A DNA stretch of 63,240 nucleotides, counting the filler, from Diploschistes diacapsis (taxonomy: Eukaryota), in NCBI GenBank assembly GCA_023645945.1. It is 24 parts of 24 records of this genome, joined end to end, with 100 filler letters (N's around TTAATTAATTAA, not from the genome) between each part and the next. Parts side by side here need not be neighbours in the genome. Positions count along the whole stretch, not along the records: positions 30,516 to 49,144 come from JALAIB010000406.1; 23 more parts are not named here. One strand, written 5' to 3'. Shown in pieces: positions 33,517 to 45,357 of this stretch. Under the pieces are notes generated by a model. The model saw only the letters and a program-made list of their open reading frames with translations, searched no databases and was not told the origin of the DNA. Both the position numbers and the translations under genes were made by a program. How positions within the stretch are numbered: the stretch's first letter is position 1; each line of letters starts with the position of its first letter.

Positions 33517-36177
33517 TCACCACGCCTCCCCTGTGCTTATAGCGACCTCTCTAATCTTTTCCCTCTGTATAACCGGCCTCCTATCCTCGTTCCTCTCCAC
33601 GCTCTCCAGAAGACTGCCCGGTACGTACTGGCTCCGCTCCTGCAGTTCTAGCATCGGCTTCGTCGCGTCCCGATCGCCCACCGCCACGCCCCGGCCTTTC
33701 CGCCTGTCGCCCTGGCCGTCGCCGGCTTGCGCCAGCAGACCTCCCGTGAAAGCATCTTGGTATTGGTGTTCGTCCTTGAGCGTTCGGGTGCGGCGGCTGG
33801 TTGAGCGTTGCAAGCCTCCTGTACCGCTTGCTTCTTGAAGCGCATGGCTGCCGAGCATAGCGGGCGCATGTTCTGGACTGGTGTTCGTTGCGGCGGTGAC
33901 GAGACCGCCTGCTGGTACGCTGTCGAGAGCGACGCCGTGGCCTTTGTAGGACTGTTGGACGGCGACTTTTCTTTCTGCTGCGAGGTCGATCAGTGGTTTG
34001 CCGGGCAGCTCGGGGACCTTTGGGATGTCGTTGCCCTCGTCTTGACCGGCGTCCATAGCCTGGCGTTTGAGGGTGTATGTTCTTCCGAGGAGTCCGTTGG
34101 CTTTGAAGGGCTCGGGACCGAAACAGGGAGGGCGTGCGCGAGCTGTGGATGAGCTGCGTGTCCGGGACGCACTGCGTGCGCGAACTCTGTTGCTGTCGTC
34201 GTCGTTGGCGGATGCGCTTAGAGCTCGCGGAAAGGACGATGGAGGAGCGCCGCGGTTGGTGAGTGCTCTGGTAGGAGAGCGGAATTTCAGGCTTTCTGTG
34301 ACGGGGCTGCTCACAAGGTTTGTACCTGGCAAGACGCGATCCTTAGATGCGGAAGAACTGTGTGGTGGCTGGTTGCTGGAGCTTGTGGAGAAATTTCTCC
34401 CGCGGATGGCTACAACAAGGGGCTCCTTTGATTCACTGCTTGAAGGTTTTGGTTGGTCTTTGCCAAGGCCCAGGCTGTTGACGAAGTACCAACTCCGCCA
34501 GCTGTGGACGGCTTTGTACCACTCCATTGCAACGTCTTGATCTTTGGTGGAAATGAAATGGACAAAATTGGCCGCATCGAGGAACATGGCCGGCTTTTGC
34601 AGACTCTTGATAGCGAAGCAGTACTTGCGTGGGGCCTTGAGTTCCTTCATTTCTTTTCTCGTGGGCATGAAGACGTCAAAGTCGGTCATGTGGCAGATGT
34701 TCGTTGCTGGTGCTCCGGCGTGCTTTTGAACAACCACTTGACCGTCTACACGGAGAGTAATAGATCGCTTGTCCCAGACTCTGGGTCTCTGCGAATGATA
34801 CACCGTGACTGTTGTCTCCTCTGGCTGTGCTCGAGGTGCGTTGGTGTATCGAAGACTTGCACTATCCCATTCGGTCGCCGCGGACACGATATTGAACCAG
34901 TGTTGCTCGTCGCTATCCCAGCTGTTCATAACATCACGCACGCGTTCGTAGTAGCGTAAAGGTCTCTGAAGCTCCAACTGCTTGAAGTGCTCCTGGAGAA
35001 CATAACGCTGGGGATCGAAACCATATTCGAGAAGATCGTTGGCGGAGGTCAAGAGGTCAACAGGCGTGCTAGTTGGACTGACAGGTAGCTTCATCGATCT
35101 TTCTCCATACATCACCTTTACCATCCGCACTCCTGCATTCACGGCAGATTTTGGGGCATCGAAGTTGGGAACAGGAGCTTCTAGGCTCGCTTCAGTCGCA
35201 CCAGTATGTTGCCTTGACTTTGGGTTGGCGACCAGGGTGTCTGTAGAATGCGCCGACTGCGGTACTTGGTGCTTAATAAGTTTCCTACTTGGATCCATGG
35301 TAATGGAGTCATATGCTCGCTCATGCCTATGCAAAGTTTGATCGAGAGCTGGTTGTTGTACAACATGTGATGGACTGCCATGCTTAAGCCCATGCCGAGT
35401 ACCTTCATCTGGTGGCGCGTCCAGCAATTCGCGTGATTTCGACCCCTTTGCTTGGTTGCGGCTGAAATCCTGACGTGGCTGCCTCAGGTCTTGTCCATTG
35501 GTACTATGCGGTCTCTGCATATCTGCCCTTGCCTCCCGGGGGTAATATTGTTCATGTCTTTCCGTTTCAGCACGCCTCTCATCCTCTCGGATCCCCTCTG
35601 CTAGCTTCTCCACGCGTCTCTTAGCCTGAATTTGTCTCTCCACGATCTGCCTTGCCTCTTCTTGAGCGCGTCTTTCTGCATGTCGTCTGGCTTGCTCCTC
35701 TGCTTGCTTTGTTCTGGATTCATCTGCTAGCGCTTCCCTTCGCGTTCTCTCATCGTCTAGCTTCTTCTGGAGCTTAAGCTGTTGTCGATCGACCTTCCCG
35801 GTCAAGATATCGAAGGCTTCTTGCTGCGCTTGATTAAGGGTCGTTGGGCTCGTGTCTGCGCTTTGTACTTCTCTCTCTTGTACTGTGCCTTGCTCAGCGG
35901 TATTCGAGCGTAGTAGCGGCGGCATGTAAGGGTAACCACTCGGCATTGCAGGTACGCTCTGAAATCGGTCGGCTTGGCCGGGCGCCCGTACCTTCCTGTA
36001 TCTCGACATGCTCCTATCGAGCCCTGCAGACGATGCTGGCGCGGCCTGTCCCGAAGTTGGCCCATTTCGAGCCTCTTCCGCCGTAGCTCTTCTGACAGAT
36101 TTATAGCGTGAGTATTTAGGAAGATTCGCAGCAGCGTCTAGCGGTGGCTGGCTGTTGGAGTCCATTGAGGCCGACAT
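33517..36177 (-). CDS. Fungal Ras-association-like + PH domain protein (886 aa)
   Basis: Long intact ORF. Ubiquitin-like RA segment VKVMYG...LPVSPTSTPVDLL...LQRPLRYYERVRDVMNSWDSD. PH segment WDKRSITLRVDGQV...YCFAIKS...FVHFIST...EWYKAVHSWRSW. Confidence 0.85.
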   Translation of the reverse strand: MSASMDSNSQPPLDAAANLPKYSRYKSVRRATAEEARNGPTSGQAAPASSAGLDRSMSRYRKVRAPGQADRFQSVPAMPSGYPYMPPLLRSNTAEQGTVQEREVQSADTSPTTLNQAQQEAFDILTGKVDRQQLKLQKKLDDERTRREALADESRTKQAEEQARRHAERRAQEEARQIVERQIQAKRRVEKLAEGIREDERRAETERHEQYYPREARADMQRPHSTNGQDLRQPRQDFSRNQAKGSKSRELLDAPPDEGTRHGLKHGSPSHVVQQPALDQTLHRHERAYDSITMDPSRKLIKHQVPQSAHSTDTLVANPKSRQHTGATEASLEAPVPNFDAPKSAVNAGVRMVKVMYGERSMKLPVSPTSTPVDLLTSANDLLEYGFDPQRYVLQEHFKQLELQRPLRYYERVRDVMNSWDSDEQHWFNIVSAATEWDSASLRYTNAPRAQPEETTVTVYHSQRPRVWDKRSITLRVDGQVVVQKHAGAPATNICHMTDFDVFMPTRKEMKELKAPRKYCFAIKSLQKPAMFLDAANFVHFISTKDQDVAMEWYKAVHSWRSWYFVNSLGLGKDQPKPSSSESKEPLVVAIRGRNFSTSSSNQPPHSSSASKDRVLPGTNLVSSPVTESLKFRSPTRALTNRGAPPSSFPRALSASANDDDSNRVRARSASRTRSSSTARARPPCFGPEPFKANGLLGRTYTLKRQAMDAGQDEGNDIPKVPELPGKPLIDLAAERKVAVQQSYKGHGVALDSVPAGGLVTAATNTSPEHAPAMLGSHALQEASGTGGLQRSTSRRTRTLKDEHQYQDAFTGGLLAQAGDGQGDRRKGRGVAVGDRDATKPMLELQERSQYVPGSLLESVERNEDRRPVIQREKIREVAISTGEAW

Positions 36178-36682
36178 GATGTTTTGGCGACCGCTCTGTA
36201 GAGCTTTTGTAGGGAGAGCGAAACGATGAATGACAGTTAGACGAGAATTCCATCTATCTCATTTCGTTTCACGAACTGGGATAGGTGCGGCTTTGTACCG
36301 CCTGGCATGGGTAGTGGCTAGGGCCCAGCGGTACACACGCAAACAGCCTGAGCAGCAACAACCAAAGGCTTGAATACATCGTGGGGGTTACAAGGTCCGC
36401 GGTCCGTGGTCCGCTCGTCGCTTCGCTAAACAGCCTTAACTCTAGTCTACAGGCTATAGTTGGAACTCATCAATTTATAACCTATGTGGTTTGAGGAGAT
36501 GCGGGGTCGCCCTGTACTAATGGCCATTGCGTATGTCTGAGGAGGAGGCTGGGCTCGACAGCATGGAACGAAGCTGCTTCCATTCAAATCAAGAATTAAC
36601 GTAGATGTAGATGTAGATGTAACAAGGCTTGTGACATCTAGATTATCGCAATACCTTCGAGTAGCTTACAATAGCCTCCACC

Positions 36683-37669
36683 ATGGCCGCCGCTACAGTT
36701 GGGATGCGCATGGCTGGAAAAGTTGCGATCGTGACAGGTTTGCCAGCTGCTATCCGCTGCCAGAATCTACGACTACTTATCACTCGTCCAGGCGCTGCTT
36801 CAGGCTTCGGCGCGGCTATTGCACGGCGTTTTGCCCAGGAAGGCGCCAAAGTCTGCATTGCCGACCTGAACGAGTCCGGCGGCAGGGAGCTTGCTTCCAG
36901 CATGCCTGACTCTATGTCATTTCATCGCCTGAACGTTACCCAGCGCAAAGATTGGATCTCCGTGGTCGAAAAAGTGCACAGCGACTATGGGAAGGTTGAC
37001 TGTTTAGTCAATAATGCCGGGACAACCTATAGCAACAAGGTGCGTTTCCTAAAGACTCGAACCCAAACTTTGAACGTGCTGATGCACTCAGCCCACTTTG
37101 GAAGTGACCGAAGACGACTTTGACCGGTGCTTCGACGTCAACGTCAGGGGAGTCTTCCATGGTTTCCAGACTGTCATACCCTATATGCGACGAAGTCGAC
37201 GAGGTTCGTCCATCATAAATATGGCGTCGGTCGGCGCAATCCGGCCACGACCGGGCCTAGTTTGGTACAATAGCTCAAAAGGAGCGGTTTGGAACGTCAG
37301 TCTTCCCCAATGGCATTGATGCCTTGCCTTCTGATATTTCACCCGACCTAGGCAACCAAAGGCCTAGCAGCTGAATATGGCCCGGATGGCATACGTGTGA
37401 ACTCTGTCTGTCCGCTGCTCAGCGGCACTGGCTTGTGAGTATCATCGACTCTTGCGTGGCTAGGGTAGTTACCAAACGAGCATAGATTTTCCAAATTTGC
37501 TGGAGTGGAGAACACGGAAGAGAATCGAGGAAAGTTCCTATCAAATGTCCCTCTTGGGCGGCTGACTGAGCCTTCGGATGTCGCCAATGCTGTGCTCTTT
37601 CTTGCAAGCGACGAAAGCGCTTTCATCACAGGCGTTAACATGGAAATTGACGGAGGTAGGGCAATCTAG
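36683..37669 (+). CDS. Classical short-chain dehydrogenase/reductase (3-oxoacyl-ACP reductase-like), 5 exons
   Basis: GKVAIVTG/AASGFG, LVNNAG, WYNSSKGA (YxxxK), GIRVNSVCP, LGRLTEPSDVANAVLFLASD...ITGVNMEIDGGRAI*. GT-AG introns. Confidence 0.95.
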
Positions 37670-38179
37670 AGGGGGACCCAGTGCAGAGGGCGGGGCAGAA
37701 GCTTCTTCACCAAAAATACTAGACATATCATTGAGATGCTTGTGAGAGACCTATAGCCGAGGCAATGATTCAGCAACGGTGGGTATTCAGATCCTCGGCT
37801 ATAATGCCAGCTTCTCGCTCAGTTACACAATTCTATATGCAACACAGGGCAGACTCATAACCAGTTTATTGGGAAAGTGCTAGGTTAATAAGTTGAACAT
37901 TGTGATTAAAGGTATGAGATTCCACCCAAGCATGCAAAGAAGACCGAACCGTGGGATTTCTCAAAAGAACCTTAGAAAGGACATTTACTAACTTTTACCT
38001 AGCCGCGGCCCGTTGCCTCTGTCCCCCTCATATCCTAGTATACCGTGACTCTTTATGGGAAGATATCTAGCTGCTATGTGCAAGAATAGCAGCTTACTAA
38101 GAAGATCTGATGACTATGTACAGTCTGGAGAGCATCCAGTTATGGCAGACAATGGAGCAAGCTCGAGGGAGTCTCCTAA

Positions 38180-39490
38180 TCAGGCCCATTTCCGGCCAAT
38201 GTCCATCCAGTCCTGTTGGAAGCTCATTGAACCCAGGTCCAGCGCCCCATCAAGGTAGTCGAACATGCGGCCCGTTTCCTCCACCATTTCAGTGAAGCAC
38301 AACAAGCGCCTCCTTTCTGGAGACTGCTTCAGACTCTTGCACTGCTGTTGGGGCTTCAAAGCTCGTTGCTCCCTGAACTCCTTTCTTTGTTTAGATTCCT
38401 GGAGCTCAAATACCATTGCATACACTACGGGCAGGTTGTTAACTTGTGGTTTTCCGCTTTCAATCTCCGTTTCGGAGCACTCAATTGCATTCATTACTAC
38501 TTTCGTTTGGTTAATATCATGCACAGGATGAGGAATTGATTCATATTACCTTGACCATCCCCAATAATGTCTCCTCCTCCTGCTCTCCCCTCTCCACTAA
38601 CGATGTTCTGAACGTTTTCATCCTCAGAATTGGCTTCCGAAGGTTTCCAGACTTCCGTGTGTCCTTGATCATATAAAGTCGGCATCTTAGCGAAGAGCTC
38701 TCGGGTCTGGGCAGCCGCGCTTCGTTTATGCAAGGCCGCATTGGCCGCCCTGGAAATGAGCTCCAAAGTACCGTGGGTCTTTATAAGCTGACTCTGTGCC
38801 TCACCGACCCTCAGTGGCCACGGCAGCGGTGGCGTATATATATACTCTGGTAATGGCTCTAGTTGTAACCCTGAGAAAGGAACAATTTCCGCTTTCGTCA
38901 GCGGCTCAAGATGACGAGTCTCAGACGAGGTTGAGCTATCAAAGGCCCGCAGCTTCGGTACATCGGGTGATAAAGACTGCACGTCTGGTAAGGACTGTGC
39001 CAATCCACTTTGAGACGACAGATTGGAAGAGTCTGCATCGATCACCTGCAGTCGATTTCGTCCATAATTTAGGGTTGGTAAGATGGTGGGCGACCCAGCC
39101 TGTCCTCTATAGAGTTCCTGTACACAATGCAAAGAGCATGGAGTGGGGGAGGACTCTGAGCGCTGCCGGGACGGATAGTCAAGCGGCAGATCTAGGGATT
39201 GAGAGGCTTCTAGATTGAGGATTCCCAAATCCGGAAGTGGCTCCAAGTGCAGCTGCGGACCTGGCAAGCCAGGCGGATTGGAAGCAAGTGGCGCCTTACG
39301 GCGAATGGAGGATTCGCGTGAAAGATTCTTGAGTCCCTTGGTCCACAATAAAGTGCCAGCTGAAGTGGTTACTCCGATGGCTTTGCGCTTCTTCGTCTTA
39401 CAGCCTTTGTGCTTGCGAAGAGATCTAGTGGCGTTGTTATGGAATGTCAGGCGAGAAAAAAACTCTCGTACCCCAAATTTTGAGTTCATA
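38180..39490 (-). CDS. Orphan hypothetical protein (possible frameshift or intron near 38540)
   Basis: A ~330-codon open frame (MNSKFGVREFFSRL...) is continued by an overlapping 114-aa frame. No recognisable domain. Confidence 0.4.
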
Positions 39491-40105
39491 TTTACCGGTT
39501 TTGAGCGAGGTGCATGAGAGCCCAAAAGGCGTCTGAAACTCTAATGCACGAGGAAATAAACAGATCTTCGAGCTGGGAATCAGCTCACTTATGAAGCATT
39601 GAGTGGTGATCTTTCGACCTAGGAGTACATGCATTGGAGCTATTACCTTTGTCCGCCACAATGGCAATATACAATGGACAACGCCGTTGTCAACTCCTCC
39701 TGTACACTTCAAGTCTTTAATGTCCATATAAGGAGCTCGGGCTTTCATATTTTCCTTTTGGGATAAACAATGGCATGTCTCATTTGAAACTCGACCAAGC
39801 ACTATCGCGGTGAGATGAAGCCGATGGTTTCACTGACGAATCTGGTCAAGGTCGTTCGAAAAGCATTTCCGAGTTGATCAATTTCATCTTAATAGCGAGG
39901 CAAAATTGACGACCCAAAAGGTTCATTCCAATGCGCCTGACCAGAAGTCGTATCGCTTTGTGGGCCTGGGATTCATCCAAACCCGGACATACTATATTAT
40001 CTGGATTCTTTCCTAAATCGAGTTCAGGCAGCTCTAGAAGGACTGACACAAATTGTACATCATAAGATCCACCTCATAGAAACATTATCCTGTTCCTCGT
40101 CCACT

Positions 40106-43100
40106 TTAAGCCACAGAGCTTCTTCTTGAATTGGTTTGTGATCGCCATGGCCGGCTATGCAACCAGCGAGCTACCAAATAGAAGCGCGTGAAGCGACTCA
40201 ACCAACCAAGACCGTCCGTGATACGTTTTAGGAGTTGCAGCTCCGCGATCCGTTTCAACAACCGTCGCCCAATTCTATGCTTGTACATAGCTTGCCGGAT
40301 CAATATGCCAATCAAGGGACTTGGCAGGATAGGCACGAAGGTCAAGCCAATGCGAGGGCCCAAAGGTACAGGCAATAGAGTCCAAACTACAATAATCGGA
40401 GCCTAATCTGATGTTGAGCCGGCGTTCAGCTAAAGCGCAATTGAAGGTCTCACTTACGATAATTGTGCTTGATAACAAAACAAGGCGAACCACCCATCCC
40501 ACGGTTCCAAGCTTCTCCAAGAGTGTGGGCGATTCTCCGGACCAATCTTGAATTCTACCGTCTTCACCATCTGCTTTTTTCACAACAGCTAAAACAGCGC
40601 ACAAAAGCCAGATAGTGCACAACATTACCGCAAGACCAATTTTCAAGCCCAAGTCCCCACAATATAATCCCAACAGCACCGGCACTGGTACGGCTATGGT
40701 GATGACGAAGAGAAATAGACGGGGGCTGAATTCCCAAGTAGATGCAAGTACCCACGCGAATGGCGCATCTTTTCGTAAGATGAAATTGATTTGACCAAAA
40801 AGACTATAGAGAACCCAAACAATAAACGTGACTGTGGGTACTGACTGGTCTTTTCGCAGACCGCCAAATGACCTGGCGTTACTCATCACCACGTCCTTGG
40901 CATGACGGAAGATTATACTGCGAATTAGCAGACGCACACCATAAGCTAATGCGATCAGGACGGTCGAGAATTTAAGCCAAGTATGTAGCGTGACAGTGCC
41001 ATCTAGAATCTACTGAACGTTAGTCGTTCTATTCCAAAATAGAAAGAGACTGTGAACGGGTGAAATGGCAGGGCCAGTAGCTGCTTCATGTGGTATACAT
41101 TAGAAGTGAGACTGATGGTCTGGGAGACAAGTCTATGAGATTAGGATTGGCTTACATCCAGAGGCATGCTAAAAAAGCTCGCTGCAAACGAAACAGGTAT
41201 GAAGAGAAAAGCAAATTCTGTCAGTTTCGTGACACTCTCGGCTTCGGAAATTGCCCGTCTGCTTTCGAGAAGCGACATTGTCGTTCGAATTGATTCGTTA
41301 GTGTGTTCAACCGCTGATACAGTGGTCTTCATTTCTGCTTGAATCTCTCTCAGCATTCGCTGAACAGTGGCAACTTCCCCCTTCAGGGCAAAACCACGGA
41401 AAAACAAATGAACTGGACATGGATGAGGTAACTGGTGAGATTGGCTGTGTGAAGTCCAACGTTTGGTGGGCGATATGACTCCTCGGGCATCGCTTCCATA
41501 AGAGTTAACGAACTGGCTGAGTTGTTGTTCCACGTCTCTGAGAACAGCCTGGCTCTTGTTCAGCCACCATCTCCACCGGCCAAAGTTCTCTTGAACTACG
41601 TCATCATAGAACGTTGCTGATTCCATTTGGATTGTTCTTTCGCGAATGTGGAGCAGGCATTCCCTGGTATCACGACAGGCTAAGTTAAAGAGGAGACTAA
41701 GGACAGATCTATTCCGTGTGCACTCAAAGGTTTTCAAGACGGCTTGTTCCTGGAGCCATGCTACAAGGTAGTCTCTCGAAGATTCCTCTTCAGATTCCTT
41801 AGTAAGTATATATTCGCGGAGTTGCATATCCAGAGTCGTTGACCAAGTACCGCGCGACGCCATTGGTTTGAATAGTTTTGTAGATGCTTGCTTCGGAACG
41901 GGATCACAGAGAATTATAGCTACCTCAGTCAGCTTTCACCAGTCTTTGAAAAGAGATCTCTAACCGACCGGTGGGACAGCCATTGATATCAAGCTCGCAA
42001 ACGGATATGCGTTCCTTCCAGAAAGCCATCGGCCTTGCCTTTCGGTACTCCGTGAAAGGAGTCATGGACTCGTCAGCCTCGAATTCCCAGTGCTGTAGTC
42101 GACAGATTGCCGAAAACTGAGCCGACTTGTTGGGATCCGGAGAAAGGTCGTCGTTGCTAATACTTGTCCTCATATTATAAGCTTCCTCTTTTGCCTTAGG
42201 CTTGAAACTCTTTAACGGGCGGAGTTCCACTGGCCGGTACCACCAGAAGGAACGATAGCTCTTATGCATGGTGTTGATCTCAAGATGACTCGAGGACAGT
42301 GGCAACTTCCTATAGGTCAGCTCTTTCCGATCTGGATGGATGAAGTAGCGCCTCTCAAGTGCTTTTAACGCATAGCCGTTTTCGATCTTTGGGATAGATC
42401 TTGTATGAAATCTGCTTGCCCCTTTTCTGATATGATCGCTTCCTTGAAGATGGTCCGCAAAGAACTCCGGATCCAAGTCATAGCATCGCCCAAGTTCAGT
42501 AGCCAAACGGTTGCTGAGATCCTGAACTAGTACGAGTCGGAGTCTGATATCGCCCAGAACCCTCTGCTCGGCCACACATGTGAGGCGTTCATAAGCTTTG
42601 TTTGTCTCATCCGGGGTTCCCAAGTCCTCGATCTCCATCACCTGCACATGAGGCTCTTTTCCAGCACTACAGTCTATGAACGTTACGTCAATATGGTCGG
42701 ACCTGCTATGTTCAAGAATCGTCCCAAGGCCGGGAAACTTCCCCTTGTTTTGGTATAGACTCGATAGGTAGTCGGTGTAATATCGGTATACTTCCGGTGG
42801 CTGAGGCTCTGGGATCTCGTCCCTCGATGGCTGTTGATGGCTTTCTATCCCTGTGAGTTCCGGCTGGGTTGGAGGGTTCGGTGCAATAGTATCCAGCGTT
42901 GTAGATACCTGGACATTAAGAGCAGAAGCATCTGGCTGATTTCGTTGTCCTGAGCTCTGTTGTTCCGATGCCACACTCGAACTTTCGCCAGGAAGTGCTA
43001 AACCCTGCTCGCCAGCAGTGAGCTCTTCGCGCTCATTCTCATTAGGGTCCAGATCTATCAGGTCCCCCGCACCCCCAATAATGCCACTAGAAGCGCTTGA

Positions 43101-43349
43101 TGATAAGATTCCCTGCCGCCTTGGTTTGCTCGGGGAGGGATCCGCAGGAGCAGCGACTGGCTCTTCAGCCCTTGAAGAAACCGAGCGCCTTGCGGCATCA
43201 ATCGCGCTTTCTGCATGACCTAACGATGATGTGGAGTTGTTCGTTGCACTTTGTCGAGGTAGTGTAGCGAGCGGAATATGTTGCTTCGCTGTTAAATTAC
43301 GGAGACCCTGGTCGTCGGTATCCATAGCTCGCTGCGACTGCTGCTGCAT
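40106..43349 (-). CDS. Fungal CorA-like (Mg2+ transporter-like C-terminal domain) membrane protein, 4 exons
   Basis: RLVLVQDLS...LDPEFFADHL; AIILCDP after intron 1; TTMSLLESRRAISEAESVTKLTEFAFLFIPVSFAASFFSM; further TM segments in exons 3-4. Introns at about 41921-41969, 41012-41155 and 40403-40457. Confidence 0.82.
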
Positions 43350-44332
43350 ACCGTGCTTGCCTCGTACTGCAAGCTTGCACAATATGCAAATACGTGTATA
43401 TATATATCTGTGTGGAGTATAGATGAGAATACAAATATCAACTTATCCTTTCAGTCCGACTACTCTGTCCAACATATGCCTTCGAAGAAGAGCTGCATGA
43501 CGCGCTCGTGCAAAAGGCACGAAGTGTGGATTTTGCGGCTGAACCAGACGATGTTTATTTACATCAAGTCCCGGAAGCGAGACTCAACACACGTTGAATG
43601 CGACAAGCGAGGCTTGGCATCGGCCGTTCTAACGTTAATCTGGCCCTTCCAACTAGATTTCCTCCTTAATGTGTTGTTATTCGTTTCATAGATTTTATTC
43701 TCTCGAATCACAGATTTCCTATGGACCTATCCATGTAAAGGAAATGTTCCCCGATACTTTCTTATTTCTTCTTTATTGTTTGCTCTCAGGTGCGTAAATC
43801 GTATGGTGTTACAGCAGATGAGTATTGTTTGGAGCAGCTATACTATGGAAGCCATGGGTATATTGTGAAGCACTTTACCAAAGAATCATTCGTCGATATG
43901 TGAAAGCCGAATCAGCGGGCGTGTTGCTTCTATGTTCAAAGTATCCTACCGCATAACTACACTTGAATTTTTCGCGGTGTCTTTGTCTTTATTAACAGTC
44001 ATCTTTGCGGCTTGTTGCAAGTCTTTAGATTACTACATTGCAGTATTGGGATGTTTCGCTTCTCATTTTCTGGTTGTTTTGGCTAATCAGAAAGGGTATG
44101 GGCAGCTTGTCATGCATGTTCTTTCATTGCTTCCATGAAATCAGTGTGTTGGGTTGCTCTTAGCTGTGGTTCAACTACTTCGGTTGAGACTCTACTACGC
44201 CTATTCAAGATTTTCCTCCTCATTGCATTTAAATCATATGTATCTCAACTACTGCCTGATATTATCTAGAGCTCCATTTCCTTCGAAACTCAATCTCTCC
44301 CCTTGTACCCTACTATACAACAAGAAACAATC

Positions 44333-45071
44333 ATGAGCCACAACGCCATCCGCCTTGAAGCGGTCCGGGAGTGGTTTCTGATTCATTCACTAAATTGCAC
44401 GGATTTCTACGAGATGTGGGTCGCTTACGGTTGGACACTCATGTACCCCTGGGTTAGTATAGAGCTGCTCAACCAGTTAGAAGCCGAACAAGAAGAAATG
44501 GCCGAAGACTTTGGGGTCTGGATGAAAAATATTTTTGTGCCGGACAGTATGGAAGGCCTTACTTCCCGCCAGATGGCCCCGCAGGATGTTTACCAGGCAA
44601 ATTCCCTACGGAACCGTCCGAAGAACTCATGATATGACTGGGACTACGAGGCAGTGGAGTGATGAGCTGGATTATGCTATTGAGCAGAGGGAGCTTGGTA
44701 TAGAGGCTGCGCGAGATGGATACCGCGGTCCGAGGTTTGTCGATTGGATGAACACCTATGGTAGAGACCCAAACGGTGGTGGCGGAATGTATGGCAACGG
44801 TCTGTCCGGAGCTCACGCATATGGAACTCCGATACCTGGAGGTGGAACGACTCAGCCTGCAATGAACAGACCGGTCTCACAAGACGCCAATGTGGACGAA
44901 CGCAGTCGCCCTAGGGTTGTACTGGATGCTTTACTTAGGGCAGCTAAGCAAAATCCAGTACCCGCAGATGAAAACGGAGACGGGCCCAGAGATGAACTCG
45001 AAGGTGGATCTGGAGATAGACAATGTTTAATATATTTAATAAACTACCGGGAAATGATCTTTTCTACGTAA
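44333..45071 (+). pseudogene. Orphan ORF with apparent frameshift near 44580, running into an AT-rich relic
   Basis: Two overlapping protein-like frames (MSHNAIRLEAVREWF...; ...DELDYAIEQRELGIEAARDGYRGPRFVDW...). No family recognised. Confidence 0.4.
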
Positions 45072-45357
45072 AAATGTTTTTAAATTGTGTAATTATAAAA
45101 ATCGGCTGTTTAAAGTCGCGAATAATAATCTTTTACCAAAGAAAAAGCGATACGAGCACCGTAAATATTAAAATACGTGCTTTCGTTTTCAGACAAATAA
45201 AACTTAATAATCAGTTAGCAGCCGTGACCTGAAGGGGTTTAGTGCTGAAAATTAACCTAAAGGGGCCTAATCTCAACCCGGCGCCAGGATCATAATTATG
45301 CCGTCGAGGCTGCCTTTCTGGTTCACAATGGTGCATGCAATATCAAAATATATTAGG

